From: Octopus bimaculoides
Lineage: Eukaryota
DNA length: 64,000 nt
Direction: 5' to 3'
Assembly (NCBI RefSeq): GCF_001194135.2
Contig: NC_068985.1
Coordinates: 59,282,941-59,346,940 of the forward strand
This document shows, piece by piece, positions 50,597 through 63,500 of this stretch (position 1 is the first letter of the stretch; each line of letters begins with the position of its first letter). The notes under the pieces are model-generated. The model saw only the letters and a list, made by a program, of their open reading frames with translations. It had not been told where the DNA came from and ran no database searches. Position numbers and translations under genes: made by a program.

Positions 50597-50796
50597 TTCA
50601 AAACTAGGTTTACCAAAGCCTTTTCGTTGGCATTCTCTCAATTAACAATGACAGAACTCCACTCCCAAGATGAGACAATATCTGCTTCAACACTCGATTA
50701 TGCATCAAGAATCTTGTGGAACAAATATGAAATCGAAATGACCGAAATATCTATTCACAAATACTTATATTTCGTCAATGCTACAAAAGCAGATGA
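50597..50796 (+). CDS. Candidate exon B (FKTRFTKAF...YFVNATKAD)
   Basis: 200-nt stop-free non-repetitive frame. Acceptor TTCAG with TTAAC upstream, consensus donor GTGAGT at 50797. Phase 0 to phase 2. Confidence 0.45.
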
Positions 50797-52118
50797 GTGA
50801 GTTGTGTGCCACTCATTAAATATTACTCCCGCAATTTCATTATCATATACAAGGAAATGAATCTGGTAAAAAAAAAGAACACACTGTTAAAAATAAACTT
50901 TAAACAACCTCACTTCTCTCTGCAAGCCCTTACGTAGTTTATATGCATTATGTATAACTAGAATAACCGTCTCCTCGGTAATGATGACGAGTGTCACTAA
51001 AGTTTGTGGTAATTACATTTGGGTTTGCATGTATGAATGTTCGATTTTTGTTGGAGGTATTATTGAAAATTGTACAAGAAGAAAGTTGCTAATCAGAATA
51101 CGAGGATGTAAATATATATTCCAAAATGACAATAAACTTAAAGGAAAATAATTAAGTTGTGTACGTCACTTCCCAAATATTATACAGATTTGATTAATTT
51201 TAATATATACAGTATATAGTAGTCAATGACTCACACATTATTCTAGATTATGTTATTTTCTACAATAAACGTTCAACGTGTATATGTTGTGAAAGTTTAT
51301 GTATTCAAAACTACTAAAATATATGCATATTTACACATGGGTACATGATCTTTCAAAAAGGTTACATATATTTTGTATAGGTTTTCAAGGGGCAGAAGGT
51401 CTAGTTTATGCAAAAGGTTCACATTTATAACTTATATGAGACATTTCGAAGAAACTACAAATCTAAATAATAATGAGAATTATTATTCACATTCATTGCA
51501 AAATTTCTTCAAGAATGACATTTCTTGAACATACTTGAGGATGCAACAATACACCTTCTGAATTTTGAATCTCTTATATCAAATTATATCGATACATATA
51601 TNNNNNNNNNNNNNNNNNNNNNNNNNNNNNNNNNNNNNNATATATATATATATATACTCACATATTATAATTTTATTGTTGCATGGTAGCTGAAGAATAT
51701 GGGAATGAACTCAGAAAACTACCAAGTTTCAATTTTCAGCTTGTACTATTTCACTCTATATGTTCTCCAAACGATTAATGTGAATCTTCTGGTATACACA
51801 GTATACTCGAAAACATGAAGAAATTACGCACGTATATTCTGCATAAAATGAAATAAATCTAAAATGTTGAAGTAAACAAATACGAGATTTAAATTAGAAA
51901 ATACTTGACGTTTTATCAATGTGAAAATCTATTTGCATTTTGTAATTAAGTTCTTGTCTCGGCGTAATATTTGCATCTTGCTATAAGTGGAAAACGATTT
52001 GATAATTAATTGTGAACTTGTATATTTTTGTGAATTATTTATCAGGATTTTATAGTGTTATTATTCATGAATGTGGAGAGTATATATGTGTTATATGTGT
52101 GTCTGTGTATGTATTTAC

Positions 52119-52155
<37 letters not shown>

Positions 52156-52165
52156 NNNNNNNNNN

Positions 52166-52203
<38 letters not shown>

Positions 52204-52665
52204 TTTGTGAATGCAAATAGATATTTTCATTAATAATCACAAAGTATTACTGTATATCATACTCATATACGTGCTATATGTACATACATACGCACATACA
52301 TACGCACATACAAGCGTGCACGCATGCATATATCCATAAATACATACATACATATTTTTCTTGCGCATGTACATACTTCTGTGTGTGTACACACATTCAG
52401 TTTAACCCAAGAGGATGTACTGTTAGTAAATACATATTTTTGTCTCACTACAAAGCAACGGGTTTTTCTCTGTTGTCGACGAGAAAAGAGATCAATCTCA
52501 CAAATTTTCCCTGTAAGTCTAACACCTGTGATTATTAAAGCATGTTCTTGTAAGTTTACTTTACATTAGCACCAAGTTTATTCTATTATAAACCAATTCT
52601 CATTGCTAAGTCTTTTAATTATATGCAGGTTAGATAAGCCAGTTTAGTTCTATCCGATTTCACAG

Positions 52666-52734
52666 ATCCTACACCGGCATCCACAAAGGAACATGTCTTC
52701 AGCTGGTGCAGCGTGCTCACGATCGCAGTAGAAT
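52666..52734 (+). CDS. Candidate exon C (SYTGIHKGTCLQLVQRAHDRSR)
   Basis: GC-richer island. Acceptor TTTCACAG, donor GTATGA, 69 nt, phase 2 to phase 2, stop-free in the frame dictated by exon B. Confidence 0.45.
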
Positions 52735-52929
52735 GTATGAGTGACCTTGATCTATCTTCACTATGCTAACATCAATATCGCACTATGCCAATTAGTGTTT
52801 AAGTAATTTGATGATTAATACAACTTAAAAAATAATTTATATATAAGAGCAACTTATTTCTGGGAAATTTTAATTTCAGAGTGGAAAAACTTTACAGTGA
52901 ATTTTATACGAGTGGATTTCTTGAGTCAT

Positions 52930-53848
52930 AATCAATGCCTCGACTATTTACGACGTTTTAAATCACAAGATATATTTACCAAAGGCGATTATGTTGCAAA
53001 GACACGAGCTGTTTTACACGAAAAATTGTCATATGATTTCTATGAAGTTCCTCCAAAGTAATCTTCTGTAAGAGCTCTTGCCATAAAACGACGTCAAAAG
53101 AAAGATTATGTTGCTGCAAAACATGTACCGCATTTGCTTGCATAGGAACAAAAAAAAAACCGTGTCACCCTCAATCAGCTGCTTTGTTTCTTTCGAGTTC
53201 TAATGAAAACATTTTTTTTCAGAAGTGACAAAAGAAGTGATGAGCTGTGGTTGTGCGGTTACGATATCTATCGTTGTAACTACTAAAAAGAAAAAGAAAA
53301 ATGAAGGTCTTTTTTGATTGGTAAGATATAATTATTTATAGGCATATTCTAAGGTCCCATTGGACAGATAAAGTGCTTTACTATGTTGTCCTGAAGCGTT
53401 GGCGAGAAGCAATGTGAACAAGGGAACTTGATATATCGGAAACAAAACAAATATGATGCACCACGTAACGCATCTGCTGACGGGTCAGGAATTATCCTTG
53501 ACGATTTAGAATAGCAAGAGAAGCCTCTTGTCCCTCAATCGCCCTACTTTACTGATTTAGCTCGTACCTGGGTATATTTCGGTTCGGTTCGAAATTAAAA
53601 AGCTAGTAGAAAATTTGGCCCATTGCAGGAGATAGAAAACAAAAATAAAAAAGTATATTCACAAAAAGAAATACCCAGCATGCTTGAAAAAGCGTCACAT
53701 AACCGATTTTAATTCTAGCAAAACACTTTGAGAGGGACTTATCAAAAATGGTGCCACTAGTTTGAACGAGAGTGGTCTTATTGAATTGTAAGTGAAGCAA
53801 TAACTTTATTTTTTCAAAGATTTTCGTTTCTTTTTGGACAGGCATCGA

Positions 53849-53851
<3 letters not shown>
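52930..53851 (+). mobile_element. Highly degraded mariner transposase relic with right TIR
   Basis: AAKHVPHLLA*EQK (WVPHLL-like, ~53118), HHDNA-like MMHHVTH, PQSPYFTDLAR (YSPDLAP-like, ~53533-53565). TIR-like end TTTTTGGACAGGCATCGAATA. Confidence 0.65.
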
Positions 53852-53881
<30 letters not shown>

Positions 53882-54617
53882 TGTATGTATATGAATGTAT
53901 GAATCCATTTTCCACCAGTGTGAACAACACGTGATTGTTTCTACTTATTCTATTGATGTGTAATAATTAAAGATATAATGTTATTACATCAGTAGAGAGC
54001 AAGAAAAAACTTCCCTTTGAATGGGTGTAATTAATTAATTACCCCAATTCTTGACTAATTTTTGCATCTATCTCTTCATTGGTTAGATTTAACCGAGAAC
54101 GTAAGGGATGCTAACTCAGTGCCACAGATCATGTTTATAGCCATTATAGTCTTACTAGATATTGTTACAGTCCAACAAGAGAAGACTTCTGACACAGGTT
54201 CGCCCCGCACATGAGTCAGAAAATACAAGGGTGAGTGGTTAGTTGATCAAACTAGTCTTAATATTTGATTAGTACTTTATCAACCTTGAATAGATGAATG
54301 GCAAAGTTGACGTTTATAGTATATAAAATCAGAACGTAAAACCTTTTCGTTGATGGTGCAGGGTATCTTGCTTGAAAGTGTTTAGTTACAAAAAATTAAT
54401 TTCTCGAGCTGCCGTTCAAAGGGAAAAGGTCCGGCGTAGGAGTTTGAACCCCAACCACGAAATTTTCAGTTCACGATCAAGAGTAAGCTACAATCTGGTC
54501 ATACGAGTTCCACGTGAACAACATAAAAGTCGACCTCTCAGCTTGAAGATCATCCCAAATATTCCTGAGATTCGCGCCCTTTTTCCCTAGTTAAACAGTT
54601 TTGCACTTAAATTACAG

Positions 54618-54696
54618 GAGAGTGATGTTGGCAATCCAGCAGGACAGATCTTCGCTGTCAAGCAACAAACTAAAGAAAAATCACAAAAATGAATAA
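54618..54696 (+). CDS. Candidate terminal exon D (RVMLAIQQDRSSLSSNKLKKNHKNE*)
   Basis: Acceptor TTACAG, phase-2 entry, TAA at 54694-54696. AATAAA at ~54764 and ~54839. Confidence 0.4.
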
Positions 54697-55899
54697 GCTG
54701 TCTTGTATTTTTTTTTTTTTTTTTTCACCTTCGAGATAGCAAATGGCCGAGAAAATGGAGTTAAATAAATTCTTACAAACTATTCTTGTAACCAGTAATG
54801 ATTTCATAATCTGTATAAGCGTGCATGCATAGTCTGTGAATAAAATCTGCTGTTAAGCATTCGCGAGTTTGTTTTCGTTATAATATAGGCAGCCAGCCCG
54901 ATCTTGCATTCAATTAATGATTCTAGAATATTAGTCATTCTCATAATAATTCTACAACATTAGTCACTCGACCCCGCAAAAATAGTGACTCAACGAAGAA
55001 AGCCACACAACGACCAATCACGCGAAAAAGAGATATGAAATAGAACGCAAAGATCTGCAAGGCATCGAACAATTCTTCCAGTGAAAGTTTATGATCAAAA
55101 TATATGACTTGTTGGACAGGCTGATGACGGAAATCATAAACCTTGATGTGTTTCATGATTTGTTATTTAGTCATTTGATGACAAAACTTCAAAACATGTT
55201 GCGGTCATTTCCTTTGTTTAGTTTTCTTACTTTGTTTTCTGTTTTGAACAAAAGAATATATGTTCACATCAATTTCCAGTTCCACAGTGAAACTCTTACA
55301 AACTATATCTTAACTCTTTTTACCATTTAGTTTTCCTAAGACATGCTGTGTTCTGTAAAAAATTCATTAATCATTCAAAGATGCCACCAATAAACTCACA
55401 AGATGCAAATTTATCGAGCCAGTAGAACTAATGTATTGGATAAGATATATTTAAATACGCTTCTTTGAGGGACACAGAGAAGAGGGATTCTTAATGATTG
55501 TTAACCAAACCGTGGAACGATTTAAGGCTATCGTTGTATTTCACTCTGAGAACAAAATGTATTTACATATCTCTAAATTTCCTACACAAGACTTAAGCAC
55601 ATTAAATTTATCTCGGGTTTTTCAATACAAGGTCGAATGGTTCTGACGATTCCTTCATGACGAGATCTTCGGTTCCATTCCACTGCATGAAAACTAGGAA
55701 AGGTTTTTCTCCCCATAGCTTTGTGAGTAAAAATCTTTGCAGGCACGTCAAGGATTATTTTGACTGCACCTAAAGGAATTGGCTATATTTTGGAATGCTG
55801 TAAACAGCATTCCTATTTTCATTGAATTCTATTGTTATTATTTTCTAGAAAGTCGATGTTGATATGCTTAACACTACTACTATCCACGCTATCACCTTT

Positions 55900-55955
55900 A
55901 TTATTATTGTTGTTATTATTATTATTATTATCATTATTATTATTATTATTATTAT

Positions 55956-56009
<54 letters not shown>

Positions 56010-56094
56010 CAGAAGCAGCAGCAGCAGCAGAAGCAGCAGCAGAAGCAGCAGCAGAAGCAGCAGCAGAAGCAGCAGCAGAAGCAGCAGCAGAAGT

Positions 56095-56126
<32 letters not shown>

Positions 56127-56143
56127 TAGTAGTAGTACTTCTT

Positions 56144-56183
<40 letters not shown>

Positions 56184-56220
56184 CTATCTTCATCATCATC
56201 CTCATTTTCATCACCATTAC
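55900..56220. repeat. Compound microsatellite (ATT)n(AGT)n(AGAAGCAGCAGC)n(AGT)n(ATC)n
   Basis: Read directly. Confidence 0.95.
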
Positions 56221-56279
56221 ATTATTTCAATGAAATAAAAATAAAACGTGAAAATCAGACTAAGTTGGAATTTCATTGT

Positions 56280-56490
56280 TTTATATATTCTTCTATACAC
56301 AACCATTCAGACAGGGCGCTGAAATCTACAAGTTTATTTCCTCTTATTCCTCTCTGATGAAGAGCGTATGCTCCAAACGTAAAAGACTTCTTCATTTTTC
56401 CCGAGCGCCAAACTAATACACTTGCTTATTGTTCATACACCGGTCTTCGTGTTTTGCTTTTCTATATATTTCAACTATATAAATATATAT
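56280..56490 (+). mobile_element. PLE-like terminal fragment with hammerhead relic (56354-56381)
   Basis: CTGATGA-A-GAGC-GTAT-GCTC-CAAA-C-GTA (GAAA>CAAA). Downstream layout as at 638-895. Confidence 0.55.
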
Positions 56491-56741
56491 AAGTAATATT
56501 CGTAGCCACTTTAACATGGTTGTCAGTTCGAGCTGAACCTCCTGCGATTTTTTAACCCCAACAAGACATTTCGTCTAGATGGTTAACGATGCACAGCTGC
56601 ATCCGTTAAAATTGCTCGCAATTTATCGAATGCAGCTGTGCATCGTTAACCGTCTAGACAAAATGTCTTGTTGGGGTTAGAAAATCGCAGTAAAGTCCGC
56701 TCGAACGGACAACCATGTTAATGTGGCTACGAATATTACTT
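56491..56741. mobile_element. Fold-back MITE-like element (~113-bp arms)
   Basis: AAGTAATATTCGTAGCCAC...CAGCTGCAT and ATGCAGCTG...GTGGCTACGAATATTACTT are reverse complements with scattered mismatches. The loop has its own AAATTGC/GCAATTT stem. Confidence 0.8.
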
Positions 56742-57109
56742 GTCAGTACAACTACTGTGTTGATCTCCTAGAGAGATTTTTTAACTAGCATTTTTGTTTA
56801 TATATTTATATGAATGTATATGAGTGAACAGAAATGTGCATGACGCACAACAAATATGCATGAGACTAGGAATAAGGAATAATTGTTTGGCTATATTTTG
56901 GAATGTTGGAAGTATTTTGGAATGTTGTCTTCATTGAATTTTATTGTTACTGTTCCAGAAATTTCAATCGAGTCAATGTTCATATGGTTACCACTACTCG
57001 GATCCTCACCTTCATTATTGTTGTTGTCAGTGGTGGAGTTGGTATCAGTAGTAATAGCAATAGTACATATCATCACCATTATCATTATAATTATCACTGT
57101 TATTATAAC

Positions 57110-57870
57110 TGTTCATTTAAAACGGATTTCAGTTTATCAATAAAATTCTTTTCTCTGACATTTTTCTCAACTTCACTTGAGTTGTGTAGTTTGTAGAATG
57201 GGTATATTATAAAGTTTTCTGACCACATGTTGCCAGATGGTAGCTTACAGGGTCCCTAATATGCTGCCCATGCGCACGTAAATGATCCGATAATGCATTT
57301 CCAGTCTGACCAATGTGCATCTCTTCACAATTCGGGATTTTAATGCAGTAAATTAAATTTCTACTTTTGCAGTTCATATTTTCATTTGTAAATATTCTTC
57401 CAGGTTTGCGCTCATATATGGACGGGTATGAATGAACTGACATATACCGTATCGATTATCATTGCATTTAGATACAATGAAAGATTCGTCGTTGTTGCTT
57501 AGATCAAACTTTTGTTAATCATTGTTTCAAGTTCTTCGGCTGTTTTTTACTTAAAATCATAGCCCGATCCGTAATTAAATCCTCTAATTCATTACTTTGA
57601 GCAATGATCGTCAAGTTTGCTTTGGCAATGCTAAAGATGTTCTGCTAGCACAAATTGTGTGTCACTATAAATGGCATAACTTGTTATTTTTTTCCTCGTT
57701 TTGGGGTTGACCTAAATTGTTGAATGGGTATTTCTATAGCGCTGTACGCTATAAGTAAAGATGGGTATTTTTGTTTGAGTAGAAATTCTTTGAGTTCTAT
57801 TAGGCGTTTGTCTCTGGTATTCACATCTTCTACAATGGTGCAAATTTTTCTGACTAGGCAGTATGGAAAT
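57110..57870 (-). mobile_element. Penelope-like element 3' fragment (RT thumb remnant + GIY-YIG)
   Basis: NCKSRNLIYCIKIPNCEEMHIGQTGNALSDHLRAH (GIY-YIG) and terminal PFYKL..REK.FI.KLK.VLN. A different PLE type from the 15 kb and 40 kb elements. Confidence 0.75.
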
Positions 57871-57958
57871 TAAGATGGCACGATTTAAAGTTCAAGTATT
57901 GATGCGTGTCTGTGTGTATATATAAATAGTATAGCTATATAGAAACGCATACACTACA

Positions 57959-57997
<39 letters not shown>

Positions 57998-58762
57998 NNN
58001 NNNNNNNNNNNNNNNNNNNNNNNNNNNNNNNNNNNNNNNNNNNNNNTATATATATATATATATATATATATCCCTAAGACACGAGCGGTTCCCCTGCACT
58101 TTATTACTTCATAACTTTCGTTGTGTAGCTTCTAGCAAGAAAATTATAAATTATGTAATTAATGCACATTCCTCTTTGGCCATCGTATAATCAATTAAGA
58201 AATTTCGCGAAAACGTTATAAGTCTTAATGGAAAAATAATTTGCTTAATATATTTGGTTTGGAACTATTTATTGCCTGTTCCGTTCATTTTAGCTGAAAG
58301 ATTCTCATTCGCACAATTGTACACACTGAAACACATACATAATAACATATATTCATATGTGTATATACGTGTGTGTGTGTGTGCGTGTGTGTGTGTCTGT
58401 GTCTGTGTGTGCGTGTGTGTGAATGTGTCTGTGTCTGTATGTACATACATATATAAATATATATAATATATAATTATATATTTCTATATTTACTTGTGGT
58501 GAGGCAACTATATACCTATGCTTGTATATATATAATTATACACACACACGTATGCATGCATATACACATGTGCGTTTATGTGTATACATACTGTAATATG
58601 CATGCATACACGCATAAACATGCAGTGAAATAAGCTAAAACACACAAACACTCCTGAATACGCGCATGTAATTCATTTTACGGAATAATTGAGTCAATTT
58701 TTTGCGAATCCCTACTGATTTGCCGAAAGAATTAGAAGTATATTATAAGCTTTTTAAATCTA

Positions 58763-58828
<66 letters not shown>

Positions 58829-58845
58829 CATTATTATTATTATTC

Positions 58846-59200
58846 CTTCGTAACACAGTGTAGGTAAAAATGCACTGGAGTCTTTAGTCATCTGTGAAGT
58901 CACAACAAAGGCCTCAGACAGATAATACTTTCCTTAAGATGTGCGCTGTGCCTAATAAGGCTACTTTTTGCAAGACATCAATCTTGCATGGGATTTCCAG
59001 TTGCCTTAAGAAGTTTTGAAGTTTCAATGGGATTGAGCCCAGCGCTCCGATCACCACTGGTATCACTTTTACATTACCCTCTCTCATTCCATAATGTTAC
59101 TTGCTGTCACCCGATAGGAATGTTCTTGGCATCTAAGGCTACTTGTTGTAGCCCGATGTTAGGATTCATTTCTTTTCCAACAGTCGAATCTGTTGAGTGT
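58846..59200 (-). mobile_element. R4/Dong 3' end flanked by TAA tracts
   Basis: NVKVIPVVIGALGSIPLKLQNFLRQLEIPCKIDVLQKVALLGTAHILRKVL*, short UTR, (AAT)n tail at ~58765-58845 and (TAT)n on the 5' side. Confidence 0.85.
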
Positions 59201-59202
59201 AT

Positions 59203-59261
<59 letters not shown>

Positions 59262-60084
59262 TAATAATAATTGTTATTAGTATTATTACTATTATTTTAA
59301 TGTTTTGGGAGTTTCTTTTTGGTGGGGAGGGGATGTTTCGTTTTCCTTATGCATTTTCTTGTCTATTTTCGTTTTAATTATGTATTTTGTTAAAATACTT
59401 CTGCATATATAGTGCCCAATAAGGCATTGTTTCTCATGAAAGACATGGAGAGCATCTTCAATAATCATGCTCGATGACCTTCGAATTCCAATTAATATCT
59501 TTGCATGCATCGTCAGATATTGCTTATCACTACATCCATATTTTTATATTCAGTTACCTTTTAGGATGGCAATCTGGCAGAATGGTTAGCATTTAGTCAG
59601 TCTTTACATTATGAGTTCAAATACTGTTAAGTTCGACTTTGCCTTTCAATTTTTCTTATTTCAATACGATAAACAACTAGTCAAATTCTAAAGTCGATGG
59701 CATCGGCAAATCATCCGCTCCCAAAATTGATGGCCTAATGCCTAAATCAGAATATATATTTGGCTACCTTTAGAAAAAATCCCCGAACGTTTGTTGGCCT
59801 TGATACAACAATTAGGAATTACTTTCTTACCTCTGATTTAGAAACTGGGTAGATAGGACTCCTTAGTCACAGTGGGGACAACCTGCCAGTGTCCAATGGC
59901 TCCATGCCTGAAATGAAGGCGAATGAACCACGAATCAGGACTTAACCCCGGAGCAATGTTTGGATAAAGATACAGGATCAACTGACAGACACCTATCCCC
60001 TAATGAGAATCAGGATCATGACCCCAAACACAGAGAAATGCGAAGGGTATAGGCCCAACTTATGGATAGTGGTGTCATGTAACC

Positions 60085-60560
60085 ACATGACATTGTGGCA
60101 AGAATGATCCATTGGGAGATCTGTGGAAATCACGACCTGCAAAGAGCAAAGACGTGGTATGAGAAAACCCTAAAAGGAGTCAACGAAAATGCGAACGGCA
60201 AAATCCTGTGGGATGTAATAAGCCAGTGCGATCACCTGACCAGACGTCGGAAACCGGACTTTGTTGTGGTGAGTAAAATAGAAAGAACATGTATGATTAT
60301 CGACATAGCATGCCCCGGGGACAACGGGGTCAATGTAAAAGAAGAAAAAATAAACAAGTACGACGGTTTAAAGTCGGAAAACGAAGGTTGCGGCCAATGA
60401 AGAGAGCACAAGTGATACCATTAGTAATTGGTGCACTTGGAAGTATCAGCACTCAACTACCAACATGGCTGAAAAAGTTCGGTGCAAGTGTGAAGGTAGA
60501 ACACCTACAAAAATCGGAATTGCTTGGAACTGCAAGAATTCTTGAAGCATCCAATTCACC
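60085..60560 (+). mobile_element. R4/Dong 3' fragment (RLE domain)
   Basis: IHWEIC..KILWDV..QCDH..RRKPDFVVV..CMIIDIACPGD..KEEKINKY, VIPLVIGALGS, LQKSELLGTARIL. Confidence 0.9.
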
Positions 60561-60599
60561 ATCAGAGAAACTAAAATGTATAAAGATGAAAGGGGCCCG

Positions 60600-63500
60600 G
60601 GAAGAGGATAAAGAAGTAATATACGTTTAGTAATATGCATTAGGTAGGCCACCTCAAGAAAGACATACTGCAAACTGTTACAAAATATAGAGAACGCGAA
60701 ATCAAGAAAGTAGACCCATCTGGATGAAAACAAGATAGCAAATGTTAGGAGGGATATCTTTAAAGTAATAGACTCACAGACAGTGAAAAAATCACAATCA
60801 AGTACACAGCGGGAAATAACCTTAATATAAGGCAGGATGGAAATGAAGAATCAGATGAAGTGAATAGCCAACCATGAGCCTTAACTGAAAGACTGTCGTG
60901 TGACGAAATCGTACAAGGCCCGAAGAAATAAAAAAAAATCTAATGAACCTGATAAAGATAGCCAGAAAAGTACTAAAGAAACAATATTGGGTATTTGAAA
61001 ACCATGCATTTGCTCAAGAACACAGAGAGTCTATGATGGAAGTGAAGCAGAAAATTCTGAATCAGCTTGTAGTTATAAGACTTGCAAGTATGAATAATAG
61101 GAAATCACATCATATACCCTCAAATACAAACCAAAATAAAACAATTAAGATTGCCAACTCTGTATCAAAAGAAACAATACGAGGATTAAAGCCTGAGCTT
61201 ACTCAGCTACATGAGATTATTTACGTATATGCAAAAGCAATTGAATCCAGTTTTATGCCTCCGAAAAAACAAAGGAAACTAAAACTAGGAAGAAATCCAA
61301 GCTGGCAAAGTAAAATTGAAAAAGAGATTTAATTAATGAGAAGGGAAATATGAATATTGAATGAACTAATCTGTAGAAATGATGTAATATCTAGAAAAGA
61401 AAGAAAGATGAAGGGAAAATACAGATTCGCATCAACAGAAGTATTGATATTAAAAAGGAAACACTGAAACAAAAATTCCATACAAAAGCTCAAAAGATAC
61501 GACTTGAGAACAGAAACAATATTTTACAAGCAAAGTAAGTTGTTCACATCCAATGCCAAAATATTCTACAGAGAAATACGGAAGAAGAAAATAACCGTTA
61601 AAGACCTAAGTGTCAAGGAAGAAGTTGAAGACTTTTAGAAAACGATTTGGAGAGATGAAAAGACTTGCACTTAAAATTCAGATTTGATTAGACTCAGAGA
61701 AGGATCCTACCAAAATTTACAAGAACAAGCATTGAAAAGCATCATAATAGCAGACATAAGGATGACCCTCACAAACGCTTTTTAGCGAAAAACCCCAGTA
61801 AACATAAAAGTTAGTTCAGCTGTGCAAGGAAATTATGAGGGATCCTAAGTAAACACCTAGCTGGTTACCAAGTGGTATTTTTTAGCTACTCGCAAAGAAT
61901 AATGAAACCAAAATTCAAAATGATTATCGGCCCATAACGTCTTTATCCACCACTTATAAAATTACAACATTCATCCTCGTGGAGAAAACATGCATTTATG
62001 GAACAGAATGATATTTTCCCCCACTCTGCAAAAACGGTGTCAATGAGGCGCATATGAATGCACAGATCAATTCCTAATTAATTAATCACATGATCCTTGA
62101 GAAATGTCACAACAAGCGCAGAAGTCAGTTCTACATTGATTACAAATGGCTCTTGACAGCATACCGATTTCATGGATTTTGAAATCGATGGACATCTCCA
62201 AAAGTTCTCCTGCGCATATGCCATTGTGGAACACGAATCTCCAATTATACCACTATAATGGAGTACTAACTTCAAACAATATTAGCATCAACTGTGGAAT
62301 TTTCCAAGGTGAGTCACTTTCACTTCTATTTTGTTTTTGTTTTTTGTTGTTTTTTTTGCATAGCTCTAGTGCTTCTTACAAATGAAGTTAACAGAACACG
62401 GTATGAATATAAAACTGACAAGAAAATAAGCCATCTACTTCATATGGAGGATTTTAAACTTTATGGCAAGCACAGTGATTAACTTGAAGGCCTACGTTTT
62501 ACATACAGCGAAGGCATTCAGAGATGACATCGGGATGGAGTTTGGTCTTGATAAATGTGCCAAGGCCACTTTCCAGAACGGGAAATTGAAAACCTCAAAT
62601 TCAGTCGTGTTAGATATTGACTCAGTTATAAAAGAGCTTGAGCAGGAACAAACCGACCAATACCTAAGAATAAATGAAAGCTCTGGTATTCAGCATGCAA
62701 ACATTAAGAAGAAAGGAATGTTACAGGAGAGTTCAAGCAGTCCTGAAATCTGAGCTAAATGCACATAACAAGGTGTTAGACATAACGTCCTTAGTAGTTT
62801 CAGTTGTTAATAATGTCTTCAATATGTTGAACTGGAGAGGCGAGCTGGCAGAAGCGTCAGCACGCCGGGTGAAATGCTTATCGTTATTTCGTTTGTCTTT
62901 ACGTTCTGAGTTCAAATTCCGCCAAGGTCAACTTTGCCTTTCATCCTTTCGGGGTCGATAAATTAAGTGCTAGTTGCGTACTGGGGTCAATCTAATCGAC
63001 TGGCCCTTCCCCAAAACTTTGGGCCTTGACCCTAGAGTAGAAAAGAATATGTTTAACTGGAATATCAGTGAAGAAAAGAAAACTGGCAGAAAGTACGTAA
63101 GCTACTGATTTGCAATAAGATGCACACCTCAAACGAAGACGTTGATCGTCTTTACCTTCCCAGAGCAGAAGGAGGTTGAAGCTTAATCCAATTTGAACTC
63201 TCACAAAACCATCACAATTGAACTGTCCAGATATCTTGAAACATCTAACGACTGGAGGCTAAAACTCATTGAAAATCATGAGAGGCATAACAATTTCCGT
63301 TCTGCGATGTACGAGAGCAAAACTTTTGTTATTGAATTCATGCTTGAAACTCAGGCTGAATAGCATGAGGGAAGTGTAGCAACTGTTGTTGCAAAAAATG
63401 CGAAATTAGTGGTAAAGAAAAAAGTGCATAAACAATTGGCCGGTAAGTGGGTGCAGAAATTGGCGACCCTTAGCAAACAAGCGGATGTTAAGCAGAAATA

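Noticed and set aside
55700-55730. GEKPF on the minus strand as a C2H2 zinc-finger linker
   Set aside because: No flanking Cys/His pattern.
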